From positions 1 to 62,847 of the forward strand of contig SCPX01000070.1 of assembly GCA_004298615.1 (NCBI GenBank): a DNA stretch of 62,847 nucleotides, in the 5' to 3' direction. A model generated the notes under the pieces. That model saw only the letters and a list, made by a program, of their open reading frames with translations. It did no database searches and had not been told where the DNA came from. A program made the translations under genes and the position numbers. Source of the DNA: Patescibacteria group bacterium (lineage in GTDB: Bacteria > Patescibacteriota > Patescibacteriia > SCPX01). How positions within the stretch are numbered: the stretch's first letter is position 1; each line of letters begins with the position of its first letter. Below, one piece after another: positions 18,066-29,699 of this stretch.

Positions 18066-18895
18066 GAAATATTTACGATCTAAAACAAGAAACCGGCGAT
18101 TTGAAAAATGTGCGCGATGTGATCGCGACGCTGGAAAGGATTTCCGCGGCGTATATTCCGGCATTGCGCAATCATTTGAATACGCTGGAGGATTATGTGG
18201 CGGCCGCGCGCAATATTTATAAAAAACTGAAAGTAAATGAAACGAATAAAGAAGATGAGGGCAGCCGTGAATTGCTGATCGTATTTTCCACGGATCGCGG
18301 CTTGGTGAGCGGCCTCAATGGAAAAATTGCCGAAAGCGCGGCAGAATATTTGAGAGAAAATCCGGGAAATCTTTTGGCGGTTTTTGGAGAAAAAGGCAAA
18401 GAAATTTTACGGATGTTCCATTTTTCTTCGGATTTATTTTTTTCGTCCCCGAATGATCTGCCGGAAATAGGCGAATTGAATGATTTTTTTGAACAAGTTT
18501 TTAACCAAGATTTTAAGTTTTCGCGAATTTCAGTGTGCGCTCCGAAATTTGCGAGCGTCTTGGATCAAAAGCCGGAAATTTCCGTTGTTTGGCCGGCCGA
18601 AAACAGCCGCGATGAATCGGAAAATCTTCAAACTTATTCTTTTGTTGATCCGTCAAGAAAAAGAGTGGCGGAATTCTTGCGCCAAAAATTGCTCAAATTA
18701 TCCATTTATGAAAAAGCTTTGAATGCCAAATTGTGCGAACACGCGGCGCGAATGATGGCGATGTCCGATGCCGGCAAATCAGCCGGAAAAATTATTGACA
18801 ATCTGGAGAGACAATATTTCAAATCCCGCCAACAGATGATTACAAAAAGATTGTCAGAAGTATTCAGCGCAAAACAGAGCTTGAAGCAGGAATGA
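18062..18895 (+). CDS. atpG: F0F1 ATP synthase subunit gamma (divergent)
   Basis: Position between atpA and atpD. C-terminal ...NLERQYFKSRQQMITKRLSEV resembles the gamma C-terminal helix (N..RQ..IT.E..EI). Confidence 0.75.
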   Translation: MRNIYDLKQETGDLKNVRDVIATLERISAAYIPALRNHLNTLEDYVAAARNIYKKLKVNETNKEDEGSRELLIVFSTDRGLVSGLNGKIAESAAEYLRENPGNLLAVFGEKGKEILRMFHFSSDLFFSSPNDLPEIGELNDFFEQVFNQDFKFSRISVCAPKFASVLDQKPEISVVWPAENSRDESENLQTYSFVDPSRKRVAEFLRQKLLKLSIYEKALNAKLCEHAARMMAMSDAGKSAGKIIDNLERQYFKSRQQMITKRLSEVFSAKQSLKQE

Positions 18896-18901
18896 CATTA
18901 T

Positions 18902-20521
<1,620 letters not shown>

Positions 20522-20527
20522 TTTAAT

Positions 20528-20761
20528 ATGCAGGTAAAAATTTCTACTGCCGATAAAACGATCTTTTCCGGTCCGGCGGACGCTATTTACGCTCCGGCGG
20601 AAAATGGCGATATTGGCATTTTGGAAGACCACGCGCCGTACGCTTGCGCTCTTAAAGAGGGTATGGTAGAAATAATTCATTCCGGCAATAAGAAGGAAAT
20701 ACCGATTGCGGACGGAGTATTGGAAGTGAGGGAGAATGGGGAAGTGGTAGTGTTGATTTAA
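20528..20761 (+). CDS. atpC: F0F1 ATP synthase subunit epsilon (short, N-terminal beta-sandwich only)
   Basis: 77 aa directly after atpD. Pattern ...GDIGILEDHAPYACALKEGMVEI resembles the epsilon N-domain. Confidence 0.75.
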   Translation: MQVKISTADKTIFSGPADAIYAPAENGDIGILEDHAPYACALKEGMVEIIHSGNKKEIPIADGVLEVRENGEVVVLI

Positions 20762-20841
20762 AGTTAAAAGTTTAAAGTTTATTTGCTTAAAATATTTATT
20801 TTAAATCGTAATTTTTAACTTTGTAATTTGAACTTTGAACT
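20761..20841. repeat. low-complexity inverted module (aaagtt words / aacttt words)
   Basis: aagttaaaagtttaaagttt ... taatttttaactttgtaatttgaactttgaact. Confidence 0.6.
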
Positions 20842-20849
20842 ATTGAATT

Positions 20850-22688
20850 ATGTCCTCTCAAATAGATGAAATAAAATCGCGGCTGGATATTGCGGAAGTG
20901 ATCGGGGAGTATATAGAGCTAAAGCCGGCCGGACATCAGAGCTTCAAAGCGCTTTGCCCGTTTCACAATGAAAAGTCGCCTTCTTTTTTTGTTTCGCGCG
21001 ATAAACAGATTTGGCATTGTTTCGGCTGCAGCTTGGGCGGCGATGTTTTTGAATTCATTAAAAGAATAGACGGCGTAGAATTTCCCGAAGCGTTGCGGAT
21101 TTTAGCGAAAAAAGCCGGCGTGGTCCTAAAGCGCGAGGATGCCGCCGCCTCAAATCAGCGCACCAGGCTTTTAGCCGTTGAAGAAACGGCCGCGAGATTT
21201 TATGAAAAAAATTTATGGGAAAAAGACGCCGAACCGGTTTTGGAATATCTAAGAAAAAAAAGAGGATTGCGGGATGAAACGATAAAAAAATTCAGATTCG
21301 GCTGGGCCAGGGACTCGTGGGATAATCTGTCTTTGTACTTGCGCAAAGTGGGATTTTCCGAAAAAGAAATTGCGGACGCAGGACTAGGGATTAAAGGCCA
21401 GCGCGGAATTTACGATCGTTTTCGCGGACGGGTGATGCTTCCGATCGCCAATCATCACGGACAAGCGGTCGGCTTCACCGGCCGTGTGGCTGATTTTTTG
21501 CCGTCGTACAAAAAAGACGAAGACAAGAGCGGAAAGTATGTAAATACTCCGGAAACGGAAATCTACCACAAGCGATTTATTCTTTACGGCCTGGATCAGG
21601 CCAAAGTGGCCATCAGAAAATCGGGATTAGGAATAATCGTTGAAGGCAATATGGACGCGGTAGGATTACACCAAGCCGGATTTATAAATACCGTTTGTTC
21701 CGGAGGGACGGCTTTGACCGCTGAACATTTTTCCTTGCTCGCGCGCTACGCGCAAAAATGGATTCTGTGCTTTGATCCGGATGCGGCCGGAGTTGAAGCG
21801 ACCAAAAGGGCCTTTCGCGATTGCTTGAAAACCGATTTGGAATTTTACGCTTTGCCTTTGCCGCAGGGCAAAGATCCGGACGAAGCGGTACGGGAGGATC
21901 CGGAGATTTTTAAAAATGCGGAGAAAAACGCCCTGCCGATGATGGAATATTTTTTCAAGCTGGCGCTTGAGAAATTTTCGCCGAGCACTTTGGAAGGGAA
22001 AAAGGGGATCACCAAAATTTTATTGCCGGCCATCAAAGACATTTCCAGTCCGGTAGAAAAGTCCCATTTTTTAAAAGAGCTTTCCCATTTGGTCAATGTG
22101 GATGAAAAATCCCTGCAAGAAGCGATGGATAAAATAAAGACCGCTCCGGCTCAAAACCATCCGATTGTTTACAGCCTTTCCAAGAGCGGAGGCAAAGCGC
22201 CTCCCGTTTCGCGCGAAGAAAAAATTTCCAAAGAATTGCTGGGCATAATTATGGGTCGTTCTGATTTCATAAAAGCGGCCGAACAAAAATTGCTGCCGGA
22301 AAATTTTTCCAACAGCCGCTTCGCCGTCCTTTACAAAGAAATCGTTTCGTATTATAATACGGCAATTCAGGATGCGGATTTTAAAAATGATTTTTTTGCT
22401 TCTTTTTCCAAATTTTTATCAATTCATCATCCGGATTTAGCGCCTCTCGCCTCGGAGGCGGTGCTTTGTTATGAAAAAGAGTTTTCTAGCAGAAAAGACG
22501 CCGAATTGGAAGAAGACGCGGTGGAGCGGATGCAGGTTGTTTTGCGCGAATTTACGCGCCGTCAAATAAAAAATCTTCGGGATAAAATTTCCAGAGCCGA
22601 GCGGGAAAAAAATAAGGAAAGGGTGGAGGAATTGACCCAAGAATTTAAAATATTGATGCAGGAACTTAAGAGATTAGAAGAAAAGTAA
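20850..22688 (+). CDS. dnaG: DNA primase
   Basis: Zinc finger CPFHNEKSPSFFVSRDKQIWHCFGC; TOPRIM (IIVEGNMDAV; FDPDAAG). Confidence 0.94.
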   Translation: MSSQIDEIKSRLDIAEVIGEYIELKPAGHQSFKALCPFHNEKSPSFFVSRDKQIWHCFGCSLGGDVFEFIKRIDGVEFPEALRILAKKAGVVLKREDAAASNQRTRLLAVEETAARFYEKNLWEKDAEPVLEYLRKKRGLRDETIKKFRFGWARDSWDNLSLYLRKVGFSEKEIADAGLGIKGQRGIYDRFRGRVMLPIANHHGQAVGFTGRVADFLPSYKKDEDKSGKYVNTPETEIYHKRFILYGLDQAKVAIRKSGLGIIVEGNMDAVGLHQAGFINTVCSGGTALTAEHFSLLARYAQKWILCFDPDAAGVEATKRAFRDCLKTDLEFYALPLPQGKDPDEAVREDPEIFKNAEKNALPMMEYFFKLALEKFSPSTLEGKKGITKILLPAIKDISSPVEKSHFLKELSHLVNVDEKSLQEAMDKIKTAPAQNHPIVYSLSKSGGKAPPVSREEKISKELLGIIMGRSDFIKAAEQKLLPENFSNSRFAVLYKEIVSYYNTAIQDADFKNDFFASFSKFLSIHHPDLAPLASEAVLCYEKEFSSRKDAELEEDAVERMQVVLREFTRRQIKNLRDKISRAEREKNKERVEELTQEFKILMQELKRLEEK

Positions 22689-22816
22689 GAGTTATACGGT
22701 TTCGCTACCCGTATGGTTAAAAGTTTTCGTTAAATGGCATTGCCGTTTGACGAAACCGTAAAACGATACGAGCCGCGAAAACGAATAACATTTAACGGAA
22801 CTATTTGTAATTTTCA

Positions 22817-23980
22817 ATGTTTATGGCCAAGCGACAACCCAAAAAAATCATAAAAAAATCCGCCAAGGCGAAGCCGGCGGCGAAAAAGGAGAAAGCGATA
22901 AAGAAAAAAATTCTGCCGGACGAAGCCGCTTTGAATAAAGTTTTGGAAAAAGGCAGGATGCGCGGATTTATCACCGAGCAGGAAATTCTTTTTTGCCTTC
23001 CGGAATTGGAAGAATATCCGGAAGCGCTGGACGATATGCTGGATCGGCTGGATAAACTCGGCGTGCCCTTGGTTGAGACTGCCGGCATACTGGATACGCA
23101 TAAAGCGATTAAATCAAAAAAAGAAGAAGCGGATCACCATTTTAATCTGGGCGACATTTCCGAAGACTCCATTCAAATGTATTTGCGGGAGATCGGGCGA
23201 GAGCCTCTGCTGACCGGCGAAGAAGAAGTCACCCTGGCCAAGGCTAAAGAGCAGGGGAGTAAAGAAGCCTGCCAAAGATTGATTCGTTCCAATTTGCGTT
23301 TGGTCGTATCCATTGCCAAAAGATTTACGGGCAGAAGCCTTTCACTTCTTGATTTGATTCAGGAAGGAAACATCGGTTTGTTTAAAGCGGTGGAAAAATT
23401 CGATTACCGGCGCGGGTATAAATTTTCCACTTACGCCACCTGGTGGATCAGGCAGGCGATCACCAGGGCTCTGGCCGATCAGTCGCGCACGATTCGCATT
23501 CCGGTGCATATGGTGGAGACGATTAATAAATTCCAGCAAATTGAAAGGCAATTGATCCAGAATTTGGGCCGGGAGCCTTTACCCGAAGAAATCGCGGCCG
23601 AGATGGGCGAGGAGATTGAAAAAGTATTGCACATTATGAAAATATCCCAAGACACGATTTCCTTGGAAACATCGGTGGGGGAAGACGACGAAGAATCAAC
23701 GCTCGGCGATTTCATTGAAGACATAAAAACGATTTCTCCGGATCGGATGGCGGCGCTGGAACTTTTGAAAGACCACATCAAGGATATTTTGAAAGAGCTA
23801 AGCCCTCGCGAGCAGAAAATTTTGGAAATGCGCTTCGGTCTGGTGGACGGCGTGGCGCACACTTTGGAAGAAGTCGGTTTGGAATTCGGCGTGACCCGTG
23901 AGCGCATCCGGCAAATTGAGGCTAAGGCAATAGAGAGAATCAGAGATCATCGGTCCGTAAAGAAATTGGGGCATTATTAG
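22817..23980 (+). CDS. rpoD: RNA polymerase sigma-70 factor RpoD
   Basis: Region 2 [40 protein letters not shown]; region 4 [23 protein letters not shown]. Confidence 0.96.
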   Translation: MFMAKRQPKKIIKKSAKAKPAAKKEKAIKKKILPDEAALNKVLEKGRMRGFITEQEILFCLPELEEYPEALDDMLDRLDKLGVPLVETAGILDTHKAIKSKKEEADHHFNLGDISEDSIQMYLREIGREPLLTGEEEVTLAKAKEQGSKEACQRLIRSNLRLVVSIAKRFTGRSLSLLDLIQEGNIGLFKAVEKFDYRRGYKFSTYATWWIRQAITRALADQSRTIRIPVHMVETINKFQQIERQLIQNLGREPLPEEIAAEMGEEIEKVLHIMKISQDTISLETSVGEDDEESTLGDFIEDIKTISPDRMAALELLKDHIKDILKELSPREQKILEMRFGLVDGVAHTLEEVGLEFGVTRERIRQIEAKAIERIRDHRSVKKLGHY

Positions 23981-24028
23981 AGCGATTTTGCGTGATTTAC
24001 GAGGATTTAATATAATAAAGCCGTTAAT

Positions 24029-25018
24029 ATGTTAACTGGTTTGATTATCGGAATAATCGCTTGGCTGATATTGCGCGCGGTAATCACGGGATTTTTCGTG
24101 GTGGAGCAGAATGAGCGCGCGGTGAAAACATCTTTCGGCCGGGCGCAAAGATTGGGCAATGCCACCACGGCGCACGATCCGGAGCTTGTTCATCTGTTAA
24201 GCGAAGATGAACGGGATAGGTATGATTTTCCTTTGCTGAAGGTCATTATGCCCGGCGGTCCGTATTTCAAATTCCCCTGGCAAAAAGTCCATAAAGTGTC
24301 GGTGGCGACAAATCTTTTGAGCATTGCTTTTGATCCGGAAGATCGCCAGGCCAATCAATACAATTCCGTATTGTCCGCCGTTACTAAAGATCAATTGAAT
24401 ATATCGCTTAAGGGGCAATTGCGTTATGCCGTTTCGGAGCGCAATATTTACGCCTTTTTATTCGGCATTAGAAATCCCATCGCCCATGTGATGGGGTATT
24501 TTATTTCCATATTGCGGGAAAGAATTGCCAATTTTGAAGCGCCGAAAAAAGCAAATGCGAACGCCTCTCCCGTTCAATCGTCATTGAACGACGCCTACGG
24601 CATATCAATCAATGACTTGAGAAAAAATCTTGGCGAACTGAATCAGCATATGGAAGAAGAGTGCAAATCATCGGCCGCGCGCTACGGAATTGAATTGGAT
24701 GCGGCTTTAATTACCGACATTGAACCGCCCGTGGAAGTGGAATCGGCGCTGGCCGCGATCAATACGGCGCACAACCAGGTGTCCTCTGAAATAAGTTTGG
24801 CGCAGGCTCTGGCCGATCAAAGAATCGTCCAATCTAAGAAAGCCGTGGAAATAGAAACATTCAAAGCCAAGGCCGAGGTGCAGATGCTTAGCCAATTATC
24901 CGATCAGTTGCGGGAAATCAAAAAAGGAGATAAAAATACATTGACCGCGTATTTGCGCAATGTGCGTTTGGCTTTATTATCAAAGGCCAAGCGGATTATT
25001 TTGGAGGCGAAAAAATAA
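24029..25018 (+). CDS. SPFH/band-7 domain membrane protein
   Basis: N-terminal TM helix, FVVEQNERAVKTSFGR, and a coiled C-terminus typical of the prohibitin/stomatin-like family. Confidence 0.75.
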   Translation: MLTGLIIGIIAWLILRAVITGFFVVEQNERAVKTSFGRAQRLGNATTAHDPELVHLLSEDERDRYDFPLLKVIMPGGPYFKFPWQKVHKVSVATNLLSIAFDPEDRQANQYNSVLSAVTKDQLNISLKGQLRYAVSERNIYAFLFGIRNPIAHVMGYFISILRERIANFEAPKKANANASPVQSSLNDAYGISINDLRKNLGELNQHMEEECKSSAARYGIELDAALITDIEPPVEVESALAAINTAHNQVSSEISLAQALADQRIVQSKKAVEIETFKAKAEVQMLSQLSDQLREIKKGDKNTLTAYLRNVRLALLSKAKRIILEAKK

Positions 25019-25019
25019 T

Positions 25020-25937
25020 ATGACTGAATTGCTTACGGCTTTTTATGTTGTGGTTTGGCTCTTTTTCTGCGAAGGGGCGCTTAGGGCACTCGGGAGATTT
25101 TTCGGATTTTACGACATAATCAAGGAAAAAGAATCAAAAGTCTATGTTTTGTTCGGCGATATAGTCGGCGTGATAAAAGAGCCGGGCTTTTATTTTCTTT
25201 GGCCCGAGCTTGGCTGGCGGGCTTTGTTTGTCACCTGGCTCGGCCGATCGTACAAAGTGGATATGAAATTGGATCAGAGCTATTTGAGAAGTATTCCGGT
25301 AAATTCCGAAGAGGGCACGCCGATGGGCATTGGCGTGTGGTGCGAAATGTTTATCACCGATCCGGTGGCGCATATTTTCAAAAATGTTGACCCGCAAGGA
25401 TCGCTTTTCGCCAATATTAAAAACGCCACCATCAAACATTTGAGCAATCTGCCTTTATTGGAAATGCTGATCAATCGCCATGCGATGAGCCGGGTGGTCC
25501 GGCAGGATGTTTCGGAGGAATCAATCCAGTGGGGTTATAAATTGGGATCAATTTATATCCGCAAAGTCCATTTCCGCGACAATGAAATGGTCGCACAAAT
25601 TGAGAGCAAGGTGGTCAATCGTTTGAGGCAGGTCACTTCCGCCATCAAACAAGACGGGCTCAATCAGGTGAATATCATCAAAAGCCGGGCCGAGCAGGAG
25701 GCATCGGTGGAATTTGCCAAAGCGGCCAGTATGCGCCCGAAGATTGTCAGCGAAGCGATTGAGCGGGCGTCCAAAGACCCGGAAGTTTTGTCAAAAACTT
25801 TTGATATAATGGAGTACCAGAGAATCATTGAGGGGCAAAATGAGTTGACAATCATACCGGACGGAGAAAAGAATAAATTCCTCACCCAATTGCTGGCGGC
25901 CGATTCAGACAATAAACCGGAGCAAGACAAGATTTGA
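25020..25937 (+). CDS. SPFH/band-7 domain membrane protein (paralogous partner)
   Basis: Start at ATG 25020 (MTELLTAFYVVVW), 1 nt after the upstream TAA. SPFH-like core (IYIRKVHFRDNEM). Confidence 0.7.
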   Translation: MTELLTAFYVVVWLFFCEGALRALGRFFGFYDIIKEKESKVYVLFGDIVGVIKEPGFYFLWPELGWRALFVTWLGRSYKVDMKLDQSYLRSIPVNSEEGTPMGIGVWCEMFITDPVAHIFKNVDPQGSLFANIKNATIKHLSNLPLLEMLINRHAMSRVVRQDVSEESIQWGYKLGSIYIRKVHFRDNEMVAQIESKVVNRLRQVTSAIKQDGLNQVNIIKSRAEQEASVEFAKAASMRPKIVSEAIERASKDPEVLSKTFDIMEYQRIIEGQNELTIIPDGEKNKFLTQLLAADSDNKPEQDKI

Positions 25938-25963
25938 CAAGTATCGGATATTTTGAATATAAT
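25934..25963 (+). promoter_or_regulatory. promoter upstream of the tRNA-Asn region (TTGACA, 18 nt spacer, TATAAT)
   Basis: ttgaca at 25934-25939; tataat at 25958-25963. Confidence 0.55.
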
Positions 25964-26066
25964 GCGGTGGTTGACTGTTAAGTTCCGGTGTAGCTCAACT
26001 TGCCCGCCCAAATTTTTTGTGTTAAGGTAATAGAAAGAAGATGACGCGCTAGGCAGAAATTCGAGC

Positions 26067-26138
26067 TCCGGTGTAGCTCAATGGTAGAGCAGCTGACTGT
26101 TAATCAGCGGGTTGCAGGTTCGAGTCCTGCCGCCGGAG
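26067..26138 (+). tRNA. tRNA-Asn (GTT)
   Basis: Cloverleaf by hand: tccggtg ta gctc aatggta gagc a gctga ctGTTaa tcagc gggtt gcagg ttcgagt cctgc cgccgga g. CCA is not encoded. Confidence 0.9.
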
Positions 26139-26162
26139 CTCGGATGTTTGTGCAAAAAATTT

Positions 26163-26248
26163 AGGCGGGTGAAGCAGAGCAGCTGACTGTTAACCGGTTG
26201 GTTGCAGGCGGGAAGCCAATGGCTTCCCGAATCCTGCCCGCGGAGCTG
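26163..26248 (+). pseudogene. degenerate tRNA-Asn-derived copy with a 21-nt palindromic insertion in place of the T-loop
   Basis: It retains gagcagctgactgttaa and ggttgcagg...cctgc..cgcggagct. It lacks the 5' D-arm, its anticodon stem cannot pair (gctga/ccggt), and the T-loop is replaced by cgggaagccaatggcttcccg. Confidence 0.6.
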
Positions 26249-26274
26249 AGGAGTTTTAGGTTGACAGAGCTTGA

Positions 26275-26303
26275 TTTGCATAAACTTCAGTATTTGCTAT
26301 ACT
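26275..26303 (+). promoter_or_regulatory. candidate hup promoter (TTTGCA, 17 nt spacer, TGcTATACT)
   Basis: tttgca at 26275-26280; tgctatact ending at 26303. Confidence 0.45.
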
Positions 26304-26353
26304 TATCGCAATTATTAACAAGCAAATTATTAGCTAACTAATCTAAGTCATCT

Positions 26354-26635
26354 ATGGCGAAAATGACAAAAGCGCAGATTTTGGCCTCATTGGCCGAAAC
26401 ATCAAATGTTGCCAAAAAAGATGTGGCAACCATTATGGATAAAATGGTCGAATTGGCGTATACGGAAGTGAAAAAGAGCGGCGAGTTCACGGTGCCGGGA
26501 ATCGGCAAACTCGTGAAGATGAATCGCAAAGCCCGCACCGGCCGCAATCCGGCCACCGGAGCGACCATTCAGATCCCGGCTAAAACGGTCGTGAAATTTC
26601 GCGTCGCCAAGGCTGCCAAAGAAGCGGTATTGTAA
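26354..26635 (+). CDS. hup: HU-family DNA-binding protein
   Basis: MAKMTKAQILASLAE...GEFTVPGIGKLVKMNRKARTGRNPATGATIQIPAKTVVKFRVAKAAKEAV. Confidence 0.95.
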   Translation: MAKMTKAQILASLAETSNVAKKDVATIMDKMVELAYTEVKKSGEFTVPGIGKLVKMNRKARTGRNPATGATIQIPAKTVVKFRVAKAAKEAVL

Positions 26636-26664
26636 ATCGTTGATACCCTTAAATGAGGGGCTCG

Positions 26665-26707
26665 CCCGCCTAAGTTTGCGAAGCAAATTTGGGCGGGTTT
26701 TTGTTTT
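26665..26707 (+). terminator. intrinsic terminator after hup
   Basis: 15-bp stem cccgcctaagtttgc / gcaaatttgggcggg, with two G.U pairs that are valid only on the + strand, followed by tttttgtttt. Confidence 0.85.
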
Positions 26708-26735
26708 ATTTAAAATGTTGTATAATATAGCAGGT

Positions 26736-27467
26736 ATGGCCAGGGATAAGATTTTGATTGTTGTCTTTATTATTTTACTCTTAGGAGGAGGCGGATTTTT
26801 GGGTTGGAAATTTTTTTGGGAAAAACCGAGAGTGAATACTATAACTAATGACAATAACGATAATATTGACAATGAGAATGACAATGACAGCGGCGGCAAT
26901 AATCAAAACACGAACTTTGTCGCTCTTAATGTAAACAGAGAAATGGTAAATGCCGCGGTTAATTCTTCTGAAAATGCAAATTCTGAAAATGCGAATTCAA
27001 ATCAAAATGCGAATGAAAATTCAAACAATGCTTCGGGTTCAACAAATACTTCCGGATCTTTGCCGACAGGAGGAGGAAATCCCAATACTCGTCTAAATAC
27101 GAATTCGCCAGTTAATAGAAATACAAACCAACAAATTTCCAATCAGAATAAAAATGCCAATGTTAATTCATCCGCAAACATAAATTCTAATATCAATCAG
27201 CCGTCCGCGAATCAAAATAGCAATTCAAGTCAGAATGCAAATATTCCCGCCAACGCCAATATTTCGAATAATACAAATAATTCTTTAAACCCACCTCCGC
27301 CAGATAATAATCCCGCGTCTCCGGATGACGGCGGACCGCTCCCCCCTGATGATGGCGGAACTCAACCGCCGAACGGTAGTGGAAATCCGCCGCCGGACGA
27401 AGATCTTGGTCCTCCGCCGGACACGACGCCTTGTACGCCCCATCCGATTTATGGCTGGTGCATATAA
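26736..27467 (+). CDS. membrane-anchored Asn-rich / Pro-rich low-complexity protein
   Basis: Start moved to ATG 26736 (MARDKILIVVFIILLL) because the longer ORF would span the hup terminator. Asn-rich repeats (NANSENANSNQNANENSNN) and a Pro-rich tail. Confidence 0.55.
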   Translation: MARDKILIVVFIILLLGGGGFLGWKFFWEKPRVNTITNDNNDNIDNENDNDSGGNNQNTNFVALNVNREMVNAAVNSSENANSENANSNQNANENSNNASGSTNTSGSLPTGGGNPNTRLNTNSPVNRNTNQQISNQNKNANVNSSANINSNINQPSANQNSNSSQNANIPANANISNNTNNSLNPPPPDNNPASPDDGGPLPPDDGGTQPPNGSGNPPPDEDLGPPPDTTPCTPHPIYGWCI

Positions 27468-27547
27468 ATTAAACTAAAAATTAAAAGCGCAAAACTCAAA
27501 AGCCCCCTCTCCTTTTATGGGAGAGGGCGGGGGTGAGGGTAAAAAAT

Positions 27548-29539
27548 ATGAGAAACCACAATAAAACATTAAAAGGCTTCACCCTGGTTGAACTCCTTGT
27601 CGTTATTGCCATTATAGCGATTTTGTTTGCAGTTGTTTTAGTAGCTATTAATCCCGCGCAAAGATTTAAAGATTCGCGTAACGCGCGCCGTCTTTCCGAT
27701 GTTCAATCAATCGTGGGCGCAGTGACGACCTATACAGCCGACAAACGCGGCACGCCTCCGGCGGATATTCCGGACGGGCAATGCATCGGTGCAAAACCGG
27801 CAACGATTGTTTCGGATTCTGGACCGCGCGCCCATTGGAAATTTGACGAAGTAAGCGGAAGCGCCACAGATACTGCCGGCGGATTCACCGGAACAACCAG
27901 CGAATCATATAATTCCGCAAAGTTTAACAATGGATTGAATATTCAAAATCCGTTTGGAGGCGCGAGTGTAGCGGAAACAATTGACGATACGATAAGTAAC
28001 GCTCTAACTCTTGAAGGATGGATTAAACTAAACCAAAAAGTTGAGCCGGGAACATTTGATCATAATCAAACGCTATTTGATAAAGGGAATTATGGCATGC
28101 GTTTAAATAGTGATTCGGGAAAGCTTGAACTTGAAACGCAAAATGGCAACTTGTGGTCACTGGATTATGCTACTTCTTCTACCAATGTCAGGGGAATTAA
28201 TTCTTTTGTGCAATTTCAAGGAGCGCTGTATGCTGGAGGGATAGACACAACCATGCCTAATAGCGGAGCTGTGTTATTAAGAAAAAACGGGACATCATGG
28301 AGTGCGATTTCTGATTATCCATCAGCTCAACTCGGTATTAATGCTCTGGCTGTTTATAACGGGAAAATGTATAGCGGACAGAATGGCGGTCGTGTCTATG
28401 TATTTGACGGTTCCTCGTGGCAAAGCACGGGACTTGAAATATTGACTGGGTCCGCAGATGTTTTCTCTTTGACTCGATACAAAGGGATGCTGTATGCTGG
28501 TTTAGGAAGCGTTAGCGGCGCCTCTGTATGGGCGTATAACGGGGTTTCGTGGAGTAAAATAAATCAATTTGATCCCGCTCAAGCGCTCGGCATATTTTCG
28601 TTAATTGTTTTTAATGAAAAATTATACGCCGGAACAGGAAGGTCAGGTACTGATCAAGACGCGCGTCTTTTTGAATTTGACGGAAATTCATGGACGCAAC
28701 AATTCACGCTGGCAAAGGACGGCGCTTATAGTCTTGCGGAATATGACAAAGAATTATATGTCGGATTTGGCGGTAATGATAGCGCTACAGACGGCGTGAT
28801 TTATAAAGGCGACGGAATTTCGTTTTCTCCAGTCGGTTTAGCGTCAAAATATTATATTTTTTCCTTAAGAGTATTTAATGGAATATTGTTTGCTGGAGAA
28901 GGCGGAAATGTTGGCGATGGAGATGTCTACTATTGGAACGGAACGTCCTGGGTTAGTGGTTTTGATAATCCCTCTTCGGCCGGAGTTTGGTCTTTGTATT
29001 CATATGGCGGAAAATTATATTTTGGAGGACGAGGAGCCACAGCCGCGCAATCCGGAATTTGGACATACGGAAGCAACGGTTTTCTTGCGTCCCAAAAATC
29101 AACTTGGTATCCCAATGTTTGGTACCATATTGCTGGAATTTATAGTGGGTCAAGTCAAATGAAAATTTTTATTAATGGAACGGCGGATGCCGTACAAACA
29201 AGCGGCGTGCCGGCAAACATTACCGCAAATACCCAACCGCTTTATTTGGGGATTGGATACGCAAGTGATGCTTTTTCAGGAGTGATTGATGATTTTGCGA
29301 TTCATCACGCCGTTGTTAGCGATGAAACCATCGCCTCACACGCCGGGTGCTATAATCTAGGACAGTATCTGGTGTCCGAGTATATGGGCGCTTTGCCAAT
29401 TGATCCATCGTCATCCGTCACCGACGGATCAGATACCGGATATTTTATTTCCAAAGATCCTGGCGGAGTAGTCACCATCACGGCGCCTTTGACCGAAATC
29501 ACCTCAAGCATCCCGGACCTCATCAAAGCCAGTCGTTGA
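27548..29539 (+). CDS. type IV pilin-like protein (prepilin N-terminal methylation motif) with a LamG-like domain interrupted by a repeat (propeller-like) insertion
   Basis: KGFTLVELLVVIAIIAILFAVVLVAI. LamG-like start HWKFDEVSGSATDTAGGFTGT and end WYHIAGIYSGSSQMKIFINGT. About 380 aa of Y.G/W-containing repeats lie between. SD-like gaggg is 7 nt before ATG 27548. Confidence 0.75.
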   Translation: MRNHNKTLKGFTLVELLVVIAIIAILFAVVLVAINPAQRFKDSRNARRLSDVQSIVGAVTTYTADKRGTPPADIPDGQCIGAKPATIVSDSGPRAHWKFDEVSGSATDTAGGFTGTTSESYNSAKFNNGLNIQNPFGGASVAETIDDTISNALTLEGWIKLNQKVEPGTFDHNQTLFDKGNYGMRLNSDSGKLELETQNGNLWSLDYATSSTNVRGINSFVQFQGALYAGGIDTTMPNSGAVLLRKNGTSWSAISDYPSAQLGINALAVYNGKMYSGQNGGRVYVFDGSSWQSTGLEILTGSADVFSLTRYKGMLYAGLGSVSGASVWAYNGVSWSKINQFDPAQALGIFSLIVFNEKLYAGTGRSGTDQDARLFEFDGNSWTQQFTLAKDGAYSLAEYDKELYVGFGGNDSATDGVIYKGDGISFSPVGLASKYYIFSLRVFNGILFAGEGGNVGDGDVYYWNGTSWVSGFDNPSSAGVWSLYSYGGKLYFGGRGATAAQSGIWTYGSNGFLASQKSTWYPNVWYHIAGIYSGSSQMKIFINGTADAVQTSGVPANITANTQPLYLGIGYASDAFSGVIDDFAIHHAVVSDETIASHAGCYNLGQYLVSEYMGALPIDPSSSVTDGSDTGYFISKDPGGVVTITAPLTEITSSIPDLIKASR

Positions 29540-29699
29540 CAAAAACAGATTTTTTTGCTATACTATCAGTAATGAAAATCCTCCTTCGCATAAAGCTATG
29601 GAGGACAAGTAAAACAAAAATGAAAAATTATAATTTATTAAGGCTTAAAATTAAGCTGCCCTGATCTTTTGGGGTGGTTTTATTTTTTTTGGAGGGGAT

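Noticed and set aside
26163-26248. Second functional tRNA-Asn, possibly with a T-loop intron
   Set aside because: The acceptor and anticodon stems cannot pair and the D-arm is truncated, so it is treated as a decayed copy.
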